Assembly (NCBI GenBank): GCA_002269645.1
Contig: NIVC01000525.1
Coordinates: forward strand, 248,001-312,000
DNA from: Macrostomum lignano
Lineage: Eukaryota
Length of the DNA: 64,000 nt
Reading direction: 5' to 3'
Both the position numbers and the translations under genes were made by a program. Below the pieces are notes generated by a model. The model ran no database searches, was not told the DNA's origin, and saw only the letters and a program-made list of their open reading frames with translations. This document shows positions 24,590 to 37,231 of the stretch, piece after piece. Each line of letters opens with the position of its first letter. Within the stretch, counting starts at the first letter, position 1.

Positions 24590-25548
24590 GGGTGAGGCGG
24601 CTGGATAGTGAAGTGGCTGGGGAGTGAGATTGCTGGAGAGTGAGGTGGCTGAGGAGTGGGGTGGCCGGAGAGTGAGATGGCTGGGGAGGGAGGTGGCCGT
24701 GGAGGGAGGTGGCCAGAGAGCGAGGTGGCCGGAGAGGGAGGTGGCCGGAGAGTGAGGTGATTGGAGAGTGAGGTGGCTGGAGAGTGAGGTGGCTGGAGAG
24801 TGAGGTGGCTGGAGAGTGAGGTGGCTGGAGAGTGAGGTGGCTGGAGAGTGAGGTGGTTGGAGAGTGAGGTGGTTGTTGAGTGAGGTGGCCGGTGAGTGAG
24901 GTGGATAGGGAGTGAAGTGGCTGGGTGCCGTGGGTGGGGAGTGAGTGGCTGGGGAGTGAGGTGGCTGGGGAATGAGGTTGCTGCGAAGTGAGATTGCCGG
25001 GGAGTGAGGTGGCTGGAGAGTGAGATGGCTGGGGAGGAAGGTGGCCGGGGAGGGAGGTAGCCGGAGAGCGAGGTGGCCGGAGAGAGAGGTGGCTGAGGAG
25101 TGGGGTGGTTTGGAAATGAGGTGGCTGAGGAGTGGGGTGGTTTGGGAATGAGGTGGCTGAGGAGTGGGGTGGTTTGGGAATGAGGTGGCTGGGGAATGAG
25201 GTGGCTGGGGAATGATGTGGCTGGGGAGTGAGGTGGCTGGGTAGTGAAATTTCCGGAGAGTGAGGTGGCTGGAGAGTGAGGTGGCCGGGGAGTGAGGTGG
25301 CCGGGGAGTGAGGTGGCTGGGGAGTGAGGAGGCTGGAGAGTGAGGTGGATGGGGAGTGAAGTGGCTGGGGAGTGAGGTGGCTGGGGAGTGAGGTGGCTGG
25401 GGAGTGAGGTGGCTGGGGAGTGAGGTTGCTGGGGAGTGAGGTGGCTGGGGAGTGAGGTGGCTGGGGAGTGAGGTGGCTGGGGAGTGAGGTGGCTGGGGAG
25501 TGAGGTGGCTGTGGAGTGAGGTGGCTGTGGAGTGAGGTGGCCTTGGAG
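24590..25548. repeat. 16-bp G-rich minisatellite (GGGGAGTGAGGTGGCT), intronic
   Basis: Direct; explains ORF 24554-25660. Confidence 0.92.
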
Positions 25549-26164
25549 TGCTGTATAAAATAGCTGCAGTTAGTATGGAGCTCCGGGCAGATCTGCGCTG
25601 TAAAATAAAGGAAACTACACGACCGCTGAATATTCCTGGCCCTTCAAAGTGCATGCTCACTGACTATAGCACTTCTCACTTTCTTTCTTATTAAACCGGC
25701 ACGCATATTGATTGCCAGTGGCACTCGTCAAGTTGGCCAGCTCGAGTGAGCCTTCGGGGCGCGTCGGATTCAAGTGCCGGCAGATCTTCAGTTACAGCTA
25801 GCTAAAGTACTCTGCTTTGAGTTGAAGATTGAAGCGAAGATTTTTCCACTCTCAAATTTCGTCACCATGCAGCTCAAGTGGCACGGCGGGTCGGGGGGAG
25901 GAGGGACGACTGGCTCATGCGATAGGAAGCTGTCGAATATTGAAAAATTGCGTTGAATTCGGTTGACTTTGTCGAAGTGGACAGAAATTTACCACCGCAT
26001 CGCAAATGCATGTGCTTCTTATGTAAGGCATACAGTGCATTCTCCATTGCGCATAACACATGTCTCATCACTTAACTGGTACTGGTTGACAATGTGCCAG
26101 CTTCTTGAGTATAATCTTTCCCGTTTCCTGCAGTCAAATGGCACCCCTTCCGCCTCTTCAGTAT

Positions 26165-27052
26165 AATCTCTCCCCTATCTTTTCTCAGATCTAATCTCTC
26201 CCCTATCTTTTCTCAGATCTAATCTCTCCCCTATCTTTTCTCTGATCTAATCTCTCCCCTATCTTTTCTCAGATCTAATCTCTCCCCTATCTTTTCTCAG
26301 ATCTAATCTCTCCCCTATCTTTTCTCAGATCTAATCTCTCCCCTATCTTTTCTCAGATCTAATCTCTCCCCTATCTTTTCTCAGATCTAATCTCTCCCCT
26401 ATCTTTTCTCAGATCTAATCTCTCTTCTTTCTTACCTCAGATCTAATCTCTCTCCTTTCCTTTCTCAGATCTAATCTCTCCCCTTTTCTACCTCAGATCT
26501 AATCTCTCTCCTTTCCTACCTCAGATCTAATCTCTCTCCTTTCCTACCTCAGATCTAATCTCTCTCCTTTCCTACCTCAGATCTAATCTCTCTCCTTTCC
26601 TACCTCAGATCTAATATTTCTCCTTTCCTACATCAGATCTAATCTCTCTCCTTTCCTACCTCAGATCTAATCTCTCTCCTTTCCTACCTCAGATCTAATC
26701 TCTCTCCTTTCCTACCTCAGATCTAATATTTCTCCTTTCCTACATCAGATCTAATCTCTCTCCTTTCCTACCTCAGATCTAATCTCTCTCCTTTCCTACC
26801 TCAGATCTAATCTCTCTCCTTTCCTACCTCAGATCTAATCTCTCTCCTTTCCTACCTCAGATCTAATCTCTCTCCTTTCCTACCTCAGATCTAATCTCTC
26901 TCCTTTCCTACATCAGATCTAATCTCTCTCCTTTCTTACCTCAGATCTAATCTCTCCCCTATCTTTTCTCAGATCTAATCTCTCTTCTTTCCTGCCTCAG
27001 ATCTAATCTCTCCCCTATCTTTTCTCAGATCTAATCTCTGTCCTTTCCTACC
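26165..27052. repeat. 28-bp pyrimidine-rich minisatellite (CTAATCTCTCCCCTATCTTTTCTCAGAT and a variant), intronic
   Basis: Direct; two unit variants in blocks. Confidence 0.95.
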
Positions 27053-27084
27053 TCTTTCCCCAACGTTTGACCTAGCGAACTCAC

Positions 27085-27240
27085 GAATCCGCCAGACCAG
27101 ATGGGCGACACCCGGTGCGCCATCCAGACCACAGCCTCGATGGTGGAGATGGTGCCCAGCACGATGGACAGCGAGCCGAGCGCGATGTGCGTGATGGCCA
27201 GCACTAGCACAGTCAGCAGCACCGACTGGTAGAGGTTCAT
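27085..27240 (-). CDS. TMEM196: TMEM196-like exon 1 (MNLYQSVLLTVLVLAITHIALGSLSIVLG...SPIWSGGF)
   Basis: TTC|GTGAGT donor; LVL...I.LG..S..G and SPxWSG motifs; the three exons give 188 aa. Confidence 0.78.
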
Positions 27241-28074
27241 GCGAAATCTTTGCAAATTGTTAATAAAGCAAGTCAGGAAGCCAGACAAACAAACCAACGG
27301 CGGACAAAGTGGCGCATTAGACAGTGCTGAGTAATAAGAGCTGCTAGCAGTCAAGGGAACAGAAGTCAGCAGAAATTAATGAATATACACGCACGTATAT
27401 ACACAGTTGAGAAATGGAGAGGCAACGGGAGAACTCAATAGAGTGGAGATAGACAGAGGCAGAGGGGAATAAGGAGAAACGCGAAAACACAATCACGCCC
27501 CCGTGCGACATTCGCGCACGCGCGAGAGCTAGACTTGCCCTTTAATCAACAGTGAGCTGCTTAGGGAGGGTGAGGCAGCAACGCACGGGCCCGCACGGCC
27601 TTGTGAATGCCCAGTAATAGAGAGCGCGGAGAGATGAGGCGCTGGGGAAGCTGACGAAAAGGGCGGCTGCAGTTGGTTAACGCTGAGGACTAGTGCTCCG
27701 GATCGATAAGTCTCATTAATACGCCGGCCTTACAGATTCCTCAGTCCTCCTTCTCATTTTTGCATAGCTAGCGACTGCATAGGGATGCGACTTGCCGCCT
27801 CGGACATAATCAGAATCCCTCTAATGGTCCCCCGAACAGAGGTGAAGCCAATGCACTGACGCGAAAGGAAGGCAAACAGGGCCGACGGCACGGGAAACTG
27901 CAGGCCCGCGTGTCCGAAAGACTCGATGTGTCCCGCTGTGTAGCTGGTGTCGGATTTTTCACATCGTAAAACTCTATGCGTAACGACGCTGATCAAATAA
28001 CTGCTGCCCCAATATGCTTGCTTGTCTACGAAGTTACAAAGGCTATAGAATAGAGTTTAATAACTACTCGAACA

Positions 28075-28750
28075 GCTAGGGACACAGGAACAGACAGAGA
28101 CACACAGGGGACAGCCAGAGACACACAGAAACAGCCAGAGACACACAGGGGACAGCCAGAGACAACAGAAACAGCCAGAGACACACAAGGGACAGCCAGA
28201 TACACACAAGGGACAGCCAGAGACAACAGAAACAGCCAGAGACACACAGGGGACAGACAGAGACACACATGGACAGCCAGGGACACACAGGGACAGCCAG
28301 GGACACACAAGGGACAGCCAGAGACACACATGGACAGACAGAGACACACAAGGGACAGCCAGAGACACACAGGGACAGCCAGATACACACAAGGGACAGC
28401 CAGAGACAACAGAAACAGCCAGAGACACACAGGGGACAGACAGAGACACACAGGGACAGCCAGGGACACACAGGGACAGCCAGGGACACACAAGGGACAG
28501 CCAGAGACACACATGGACAGACAGAGACACACAAGGGACAGCCAGAGACACACAGGGACAGCCAGAGACACACAAGGGACAGCCAGATACACATACGAAG
28601 AGCCAGAGACACACAAAGGACAGCCAGAGACACACATGGACAGACAGAGACACAAAGGGACAGCTAGAGACACACAGGGACAGCCATAGACACAAAAAGA
28701 CAGCCAGAGACACACAGGGACAGCCAGAGACACACGAAGAGACAGAGACA
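28075..28750. repeat. Composite ~21-bp minisatellite (GGACAGCCAGAGACACACAG)
   Basis: Direct. Confidence 0.92.
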
Positions 28751-29418
28751 CGACTGCGACATAAAAATTAGGGCTGACGTGACGCTCATTGTGAACCCAG
28801 TTTCTGTACAGTAAGCAAAAATTACACACAATTCACCGAAAACGTCAATATTTGAAAATTTGTGACAGCTGCAGTACATTGAAAAGAAATCGTCAAAGCT
28901 GCTGAAATATCTGCTTTATTAAATCCATAAAAACTTGGTGACACAAAAATTCTGTTTTAAAGCATAACTTTCTTTCCATAGAAACAAAAGTTTAGTGGAT
29001 GGGCTGGACACAGACTACTTACAAGTAGCAATAAATGTATAAAGTTTAAGAGTTTAATAATTAAGCGATGCTTATTAAAACGAGATTATTTGTTAAGAGT
29101 GAAACCGTACTTTAATTCACAAAAACAAGCATATGTGCTGCATATAAATAAAGTAAACAAAATTGTTGGACTGTTCTTTTGTTTGACATTTCAAAATGCG
29201 AATAATGCACAGGCGGCTACTTTAGTGTCAATGTTTTCACAATCTACTGAAAGTAGGATTTTCAGTGCTTGAACAGACGCATCTAATAAAAATGATAGAT
29301 TTACTTAAAGTTGTATCGAGCGAAGTTTTTTTTCAAATGTTTTGCTGCTTTCCAAAACGTTTCTTGAGTAGCTCATATTCATATTTGATGATATGAGGTA
29401 GCTCATACTTAAAGAAGA

Positions 29419-29718
29419 TTACGACGAAGCTGAACCTTCGTAACACCGTTCGCATAGGAACTGGCCATCCCGCATGTACACAATGAGGCCGGTGCTGTCG
29501 CTGTAGGTCTCTCGGCACTTCTCTCTCAGGTAGCAGCCGCACCGGCCGCACCGCAGGCAGCACAGGTGAGTCTGCTGCTGGCCGAGACCTCTGTTATTAT
29601 CTTCATCATTTCCGTCAACTCCCGACTCCAGCCAGGGCAGCGACTGTGGAAGCTGCTGTGAGCACTGCTCACAACGGTTATTATTAACTTGGCGCCCATT
29701 GTCTAGTGCAAAGTCCAT
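29419..29718 (-). CDS. 99-aa single-LIM-domain protein (or a terminal exon)
   Basis: CEQC-x~31-HLCC-LRC-GRC-x~28-CERC fits the LIM zinc-ligand pattern with long loops; tttcag acceptor 11 nt upstream of the ATG. Confidence 0.65.
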   Translation of the reverse strand: MDFALDNGRQVNNNRCEQCSQQLPQSLPWLESGVDGNDEDNNRGLGQQQTHLCCLRCGRCGCYLREKCRETYSDSTGLIVYMRDGQFLCERCYEGSASS

Positions 29719-29864
29719 AGTGTACTTTTCTGAAATTACTCGGATCATTAATGATGATAGCAGAGTTCTATAAAAAATTGAATGGTATAAATTTGAATGC
29801 CTTTCAATTTGTCTTTCTGTCTCATTCTCACCTCTAAAATAAGAATCTTGTCTTTGGAATTCTC

Positions 29865-30490
29865 ACACCTGGAACGTGAGTCTTTAAAAACCTCAACCCT
29901 GGAATATGAGAGTCTTTGGAAATTTCAACCGTGGAATGTGAGTCTTTGGAAATCTCAATCTTGGAATGTGAGAGTCTTTGGAAATCTCAATCTTGGAATG
30001 TGAGAGTCTTTGGAAATTTCAACCGTGGAATGTGAGTCTTTGGAAATCTCAATCTTGGAATGTGAGAGTCTTTGGAAATCTCAACCGTGGAATGTGAGAG
30101 TCTTTGAAAATCTCAACCGTGGAATGTGAGTCTTTGGAAATCTCAATCTTGGAATGTGAGAGTCTTTGGAAATCTCAATCTTGGAATGTGAGAGTCTTTG
30201 GAAATCTTAACCTTGGAATTTGAGAGTCTTTGGAAATCTCAACCTTGGAATGTGAGAGTCTTTGGAAATCTCAACCTTGGAATGTGAGTCTTTGGAAATC
30301 TCAACCTTGGAATGTGAGTCTTTGGAAATCTCAAACTTGGAATGTGAGAGTCTTTGGAAATCTCAACCTTGGAATGTGAGTCTTTGGAAATCTCAACCTT
30401 GGAATGTGAGAGTCTTTGGAAATCTCAACCTTGGAATGTGAGAGTCTTTGGAAATCTCAACCTTGGAATATGAGAGTCTTTGAAAGTCTC
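29865..30490. repeat. 30/32-bp minisatellite (GAGTCTTTGGAAATCTCAACCTTGGAATGTGA)
   Basis: Direct. Confidence 0.95.
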
Positions 30491-30959
30491 ACCCTTAACA
30501 TACATTGAAACATACATGATTTGAAATCCTGCAGGAAAGGGTTTGAAAGCACAGGTACAAAAAGTATAAGAAAGAAACATTAATGTAGTCGTCAACATAA
30601 CACCTAAATTTTATTATTAGAAGCAGTTTCAACTCAATACAGAAAACTCTCATAGCCCAAGCAGTGAAGCTAAAATAAACCCAGTTCCTAATAAGCACAG
30701 TCAAGCAGAAGCGGTATTTAAATATTACATTAGAATAAAAACAAGATCTACGATATTACAAAAACACACAACGGCACAAACTTTGTACAAAAAAGTTATT
30801 CTTTTACCAATGAGGAGTTTCATATCATTTCTCAGCCTTGCAAAGCATTGGAGAGCTTATAAAGCATGACAAAACAGCACAAACAGTGATCTCAGAGCGC
30901 AGAGAGACGGGAGAGGTGCAGTGCCGATGAAAACGGTAATCCAGGCCAAGAAGCATCTC

Positions 30960-31465
30960 AGAGTCGTTGCAGATAACACAGGTAAAATAAGAAAGAAGCG
31001 ACTTTAGACGACTCTAAAACGACGAGATGTCGCGGTAAAATTCGCCTAAGAGTCTTACGGCTGAAGGCTGCGTACGGCTGTTCAGTCCAAGGACTGGGCG
31101 GTCGCCACACACAGCCTCAATTAACCCAGCTAATGCTGGCACCCATTTTACAGCTGGGTGAACTGCAGCAATGCAGGGTTAAGTGTCTTGCTCAAGGACG
31201 CACATTGTTCCGAGTGGGATTGGAATCGAACCCCTGACCTTCAAGTCGTGAGTCCGACGTTCTAACCACTAAACTGTATTTATGAAAACTCTAGCTAGTC
31301 TACTTGAGTTAGTAGAAAGATAAGCGCTAACACAACGACGCTTGGACGACTTTTCCCGCGACTATTTTACAATTCTGCAACTCACGTGATGCGCTCATGA
31401 CTCAAAAGTCGTTAAAAAGTCACAAGAGTGGCCAGAGTCGCTAGTGAGTTGTTTGCAACGACTCT
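30960..31465. mobile_element. MITE-like element with 12-bp inverted termini (AGAGTCGTTGCA/TGCAACGACTCT) and CGACT subrepeats, interrupted by a SINE
   Basis: Perfect 12-bp inverted match; no TSD identified. Confidence 0.4.
31061..31273 (-). mobile_element. SINE family A copy with CpGs retained
   Basis: Minus strand TAGTGGTTAGA...GGTTCGATTCC followed by the central domain. Confidence 0.85.
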
Positions 31466-32114
31466 TTAGCACGGTAACGTTTTCAACGGCAGTGTTAATG
31501 CAGGAAAAAAGCTTAGTGATGAAAGAACAAATAATGCACGCGTTCCACTAATACTCCAGCGAAGAGCAATTGGAAAGGCGCCAGTGTTTACTTCAAAAGC
31601 GCAGGTAAAAAAGGTTACAATTTTAACTAACCCAAGAGCATCAAAGTGGCGCACAGATTTTATGGTTGAGGTTTTTTAATGACCAACTTTAAATTAAACA
31701 CAATAAACAACAGTTAATCGCTTAATTAAACTGCAGCGACAAGAGACGTCTCAAAGGTACATTTTCAGTAGTATACATTTTCAGCCTATAGCTTACTTAC
31801 CGAAGTTTCCGCTCGACTGACATAATATAATACTTATGCCCAAAAAATGACAACAATGACAGATCTTACTTGCTTGTTCTCACTCTATATGGAAAATTAG
31901 GAATATAGTGATTGTTAAAACAGCCATTATTTGACTGGGCGATGTATTATTTCACAAGAGGCGCCAGCACCAGAGGTGAGGCAGGGTGTTTGTCTGTGAC
32001 TGAGCACAACTATACAGCGCATATGGCATCTTAGAGCATAAGCGCTTATAGAGCTAATGTTTTTACCCAAGAGTCTCGGTACACCACGACTGAGCAACAC
32101 TAGATGCAGCAATA

Positions 32115-32558
32115 TCAGTTGCAGCCCTGTTCTTCTCCCCGGCTTTCCTGCCCCTCAGCAGCTTGTCCAGCCCGACCGTCCGGCATGAGCAGCTTGTCGT
32201 ACAGCTGGCCGAACACGGCCCGATTGTGCGCGCACAGCCGCAGGAAAGCGCCGGCCACCTGGGCTAATTCAGCTTCAACGGCTGAATAGCCGGTTGGCAG
32301 GCGGACCTGCCTGGCCTGCAAGTCTTGGAGGCCCTCGCGTAGGAAGTCCATCAGGCGGCTGTGCAGCAGGCGGGCGGCCGCGTGCACCGGCAGGTCGGCC
32401 AGCTGGGCGGTCAGCAGCTGGCACTCCTTGTCGTTGACTCGGTAGTCGGCCGATTCTGCCGATTTCGCCAGAGTGTCGGCCAAGCCGGCGGCCGCCGAGT
32501 CCAGACGGTCGGCCGGACAGTCGGCCAGGACGGCTGCGGCGGCTGCTGTGGCGCGGGC
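32115..32558 (-). CDS. TCP11: TCP11-domain protein, exon 4
   Basis: gtcag acceptor; P.G...V..EL..V...F.RL..HNR.VF...Y C-terminal TCP11 motif. Confidence 0.88.
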   Translation of the reverse strand, partial: ARATAAAAAVLADCPADRLDSAAAGLADTLAKSAESADYRVNDKECQLLTAQLADLPVHAAARLLHSRLMDFLREGLQDLQARQVRLPTGYSAVEAELAQVAGAFLRLCAHNRAVFGQLYDKLLMPDGRAGQAAEGQESRGEEQGCN

Positions 32559-32567
32559 CTGACAGTG

Positions 32568-33185
32568 GATTAGAGCGATGATTAGGGGATTAGAGCGATG
32601 ATTAGGGGATTAGGGCGATGATTAGGGGATTAGAGCGATGATTAGGGGATTAGAGCGATGATTAGGGGATTAGGGCGATGATTAGGGGATTAGAGCGATG
32701 ATTAGGGGATTAGGGCGATGATTAGGGGATTAGGGCGATGATTAGGGGATTAGGGCGATGATTAGGGGATTAGAGCGATGATTAGGGGATTAGAGCGATG
32801 ATTAGGGATTAGAGCGATGATTAGGGGATTAGAGCGATGATTAGGGGATTAGAGCGATGATTAGGGGATTAGAGCGATGATTAGGGGATTAGGGCGATGA
32901 TTAGGGGATTAGGGCGATGATTAGGGGATTAGAGCGATGATTAGGGGATTAGAGCGATGATTAGGGGATTAGGGCGATTTTAATGGGGCGGATCGGGGGA
33001 GTCTAATGGGGCGGATCGGGGCGATTCTAATGGGGGCGGATCGGGGGATTCTAATGGGGCGGATCGAGGAGATTCTAATGGGGGCGGATCGGGGAGATTC
33101 TAATGGGGCGGATTCTAATGGGGGCGGATGAGGGTGATTCTAATGGGGCGGATTAGGGAGATTCTAATGAGGGCGGATATTAAGG
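32568..33185. repeat. 20-bp minisatellite (TAGAGCGATGATTAGGGGAT) grading into a degenerate GGGGCGGAT array, intron 3 of TCP11
   Basis: Direct. Confidence 0.95.
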
Positions 33186-33361
33186 GGGCGGGCGGATCAG
33201 GGCAATTCCTAAAGCATGAAGGCAATTTGTTACTAAAAAATCACTGCTACTGACTAAGGAGCGTGGCGGTGCTTTTAAGTACGGAGCGGATTAGAGCGAT
33301 CCTCATCATGGGTAGAATATGGCAGCACAGCACGATTAACATAGCAACACCTAGCCCCTAC

Positions 33362-33670
33362 CTTAAACGCCGGCCTCCGATCTTCGGGCAGCCGCTGGCC
33401 CAGCGCGCCCATGGCCAGCAGCACGCAGGCGCAGACGCAGTGCAACTGAGCCAGCCGATCCCGGATGCCCACCAGCTTCTGCGCGTCCATTACCAGCGTC
33501 TCCGGCCACCAGTCCGCCTCCGGCTGTGGCCGCGACTGCCGCCAATCTACTAGACGGAGCAGCGCCTCGGACACCACGCGGCTGGGCGTTCGTTCAGCGG
33601 CTGGCAGGGCAGCGGCCGACTCGGACAGCCAAGCTCGAGTCCGGCGAAGCCCATCAACGCCTACGGCAGC
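33362..33670 (-). CDS. TCP11: TCP11-domain protein, exon 3
   Basis: ctcaag acceptor and AAG|GTAGGG donor; GL..T..WL and WPETLVMD motifs. Confidence 0.88.
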
Positions 33671-33716
33671 CTTGAGTGGGATAGAATATAATAAAATAGA
33701 TGTAGGCACGCTATTG

Positions 33717-33822
33717 AATGTACTGTTACAGCTAGATGACAGTACCGTTACAGCTAGATGACAGTACTGTTACAGCTAGATGACAGTACTGTTACAGCCA
33801 GATGGCAGTACTGTTACAGCTA
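33717..33822. repeat. 22-bp tandem repeat (GTACTGTTACAGCTAGATGACA), intron 2 of TCP11
   Basis: Direct. Confidence 0.85.
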
Positions 33823-33901
33823 AATTCCGAATTTGAAGTCCGAAGGCACTAAGCCTTAGCTAATTAATTAGATTTCACAATTTAATGAGCAATATTTGTA
33901 C

Positions 33902-34168
33902 CTGCGAAGCCAATAACTGTTCGAATTTCTCTCTCTCGTAAGTCACAGCCTGCTGTCGAATATAGGGGCGCATCTGCTGCATAGTGAAGTTGGCCATGTC
34001 CAGCTTCATCAGGTCCAGCAGACGGAACAGCTCCCTGAACAGGGCCACAGGCTCCTGGATGGCGGCGCACGCTCGGATGGCCTCGTCCCGAGCCGGGGCG
34101 CACATTTTGCCCATCAGGTCGAGCACGTAGTTCGAATAGTAGTTGATGTCGAATGCACCGTGCTCCAC
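33902..34168 (-). CDS. TCP11: TCP11-domain protein, exon 2
   Basis: ctgcag acceptor and CAG|GTACAA donor; CAPARDE and LDLMKLDMANF...RP..YER.KF signature. Confidence 0.92.
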
Positions 34169-34221
34169 CTGCAGCCCGAGTGTTTTTGTCGAGTTGCTAA
34201 GTATAGCAATGAATACTATTT

Positions 34222-34732
34222 ACCGGAATCTCTCACACATTATTGGAATCTCACCCATGACTAACCGAAACCTCATTTTTGACTAACCGGAATCTCACCC
34301 ATGACTAACCGGAATCTCACCCATGACTAACCGGAATCTCATTCATGACCAACCGGAATCTCATCCATAACTAACCGGAATCTCACCCATGACTAACTGG
34401 AATCTCATTCATGACTAACCGGAATCTCATTCATGACCAACCGGAATCTCATCCATAACTAACCGGAATCTCACCCATGACTAACTGGAATCTCATTCAT
34501 GACTAACCGGAATCTCATTCATGACCAACCGGAATCTCATCCATAACTAACCGGAATCTCACCCATGACTAACTGGAATCTCATCCATGACTAACTAGCA
34601 TTCATCTGACTAAATGGAATCTCATATCTATAACTAACCGGAATCTCACCCATGAATGACTAGAATTCATCTATGAATAACCGGAATCTCATCCATGACT
34701 AACTGGAATCTCACATATGACTAACCGGAATC
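34222..34732. repeat. 22-bp minisatellite (CCGGAATCTCACCCATGACTAA), intron 1 of TCP11
   Basis: Direct. Confidence 0.92.
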
Positions 34733-34833
34733 TGGGCTATGAGTAACCGAAATCCCACCAAATCCCACCGGAATTTCAAGCACTGACCATAAAATTACAA
34801 CAAACATACGCACGAACATTCACTCAATCTTAC

Positions 34834-35469
34834 CTTCTGCCTGATAAGCTCCAAATCCAGCACCTCTTCAATCTGCTGACGTGCCCGTTCATTATTAGGC
34901 AACAGCGATAGCAAAATAGTTTTAATCTCGCCGATCAGCGTCACAGCCTGACTGTAATCCGGCGGTGTCTTGGCCAAATTCTCGGTCAGCACGTCCCAGA
35001 AGGCGCGGTGCATTGTCTCGCGAACCCGACGCTCGAGCTCCTCCTCGGGTGACGCTGCCGACACCGCCGCCGCCGCGCCACCAGACGAAGCTGCCGACGA
35101 TGCCTCAGAGGCGGAGGTGGCCGGCGGTTCGAATCGAAAATTATCATTAGTAGCGACCTCGTGCGCCAGCACCAGATTATTGAACGCCTCCTGGGCCTCC
35201 ATGAGTTTCTCCAGGGTCACGTAAACGTCTGGTGAGCGGCCGAACTGCTGCTCGGGATTGACAAATCGGGGCGACCGGGGCGACCGCCGATCGTCTGGTT
35301 GACTTGCTGCCTGCGCCTGATCCCGGTGCTGGGGATCTGTACTGCTCTCCGAGTCTCTGTGCTCTCTGGCGCGGCCGCTGCCGCCTCCGCCACTTCCGTC
35401 GCCGATTGGTTTGGCTTCTGAGGCTTCGCGATTGTCACCGGCTGAATCTTTGGAAGCTTTGTCGCTCAT
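34834..35469 (-). CDS. TCP11: TCP11-domain protein, exon 1 (total 551 aa)
   Basis: N..LAHE...N..F and V.ETMH.AFWD.L.E.L...PPDY..A..L..EIK..LL signature; AAG|GTAAGA donor. Confidence 0.92.
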
Positions 35470-35499
35470 GCTGCGGCTTTACATGAACAGCGTCATTGT

Positions 35500-36262
35500 G
35501 GGGAGCTGAATGTACATTGTGAGGAAGTAAGTGTACATTGTGGAGAGTGGGTGTACATTGTGAAGAAGTTAGTGTACATTGTGGGGAGTGAATTTATACG
35601 GTGGGGGAGTGATCGTCTGCATGTTCACGAGATACAGAGGTGTTAGCTAGGAGACAGTGTACATTGGCTGAGTTTGTGGGGTGTTGGCTATGAGAGAGTG
35701 TACATTGGCTGAGACTGTGGGGTGTTAGCTAGGAGACAGTGTACATTGGCTGAGTTTGTGGGGTGTTGGCTATGAGAGAGTGTACATTGGCTGAGACTGT
35801 GGGGTGTTGGCAAGGAGACAGTGTACATTGGCTGTTTGTGGGGTGTTAGCTAGGAGAGAGTGTACATTCGCTTAGTTTGTGGGTGTTGGCTAGGAGAGAG
35901 TGTACATTGGCTGAGTTTGTGGGGTGTTGGCTATGAGAGAGTGTACATTGGCTGAGACTGTGGGGTGTTGGCAAGGAGACAGTGTACATTGGCTGTTTGT
36001 GGGGTGTTAGCTAGGAGAGAGTGTACATTCGCTTAGTTTGTGGGTGTTGGCTAGGAGAGAGTGTACATTGGCTGAGTTTGTGGGGTGTTGGCTATGAGAG
36101 AGTGTACATTGGCTGAGACTGTGGGGTGTTGGCAAGGAGACAGTGTACATTGGCTGTTTGTGGGGTGTTGGCTAGGAGAGAGTGTACATTCGCTTAGTTT
36201 GTGGGTGTTGGCTAGGAGACAGTGTACATTGGCTGAGACTGTGGGGTGTTGGCTAGGAAGAG
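35500..36262. repeat. ~40-bp minisatellite (GTGTACATTGGCTGAGTTTGTGGGGTGTTGGCTAGGAGAGA) upstream of TCP11
   Basis: Direct. Confidence 0.9.
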
Positions 36263-37231
36263 GTCAAGTAAGGCTGATTTCATGTTTTGCCTTCCACTGT
36301 CATTCTGTTTGCGCACAAAGAAATGACGAGGCAACAATTAGCCTGTATAATTTAGTAAGCTTGATCTGCTGTATAAATATATATATATATAGGCTCGCAT
36401 AATTTATATAGATACGCAGTTGAAGGAATGATACGAGAAACGACATATCGTTGATTTATTCGAAACTATTTTATATATTAAAGGTCGTAGTGGTAACAAG
36501 TATATAAATGAATAATAGTGTCGATAATGAGAAATAAATAAGCCGGCTTATTTCTTCGGGAATGTATAGAGGGTCTGTTCCGGTGTTCTACAATTCAGAA
36601 TTATTATTGTAAATTAAAGGTGAGCAGGAAAATTTCGCTTTTAGCAAACATGTCTACATTAATATTAATATGCTAGAGTAAAGGGCCCGTGTGTGAATAG
36701 AATTATAATAAAATTACACACACGCGTATTAATTACCTAATTACAGTGCAGGCACTTGAGTATCATAGGTAAGTATCATCAACTTACTATCAACAGACAC
36801 TTGGAAGTAGGTCGGTAATTAATACAAAGATGCTAAAATGACGTTTGGTCCGTGTGAAAAATAAACAAAAATAAAAAGGTAAGTCCCTTCTCTGCTGGTG
36901 CTGCCAAAAACAGATTAGTTAGAAAAGTGTTTTTTGAAAAATGAAAATAACATTAGCACACGCACACACAGGTATACAGTATCAAATGACAGCGGGGGGG
37001 GGGGTTAAAATTAAATACGTTATTAGGCATTGGGTTCTGTACATATTCTAGACACACCGACAGTTTAAACCTCAGAAATTAGTAAAAATAGTGCCGCGCG
37101 GCGGTTGTTAATTTACGCGCGAAGCTCATTAACTGGGGCATGAGAACATCACCTGGATTTTAATTAGCCAACAATATAGTGGGTCGCTGGCTGTTAATGG
37201 GAACGTGAGGGACAATATCATTCTGGCTGGA

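Noticed and set aside
27754-27996. 80-aa ORF upstream of TMEM196-like
   Set aside because: No domain or splice support; lies in a probable promoter region.
32568-33000. Interstitial telomere (TTAGGG in each unit)
   Set aside because: Only one hexamer per 20-bp unit and no tandem TTAGGG runs.
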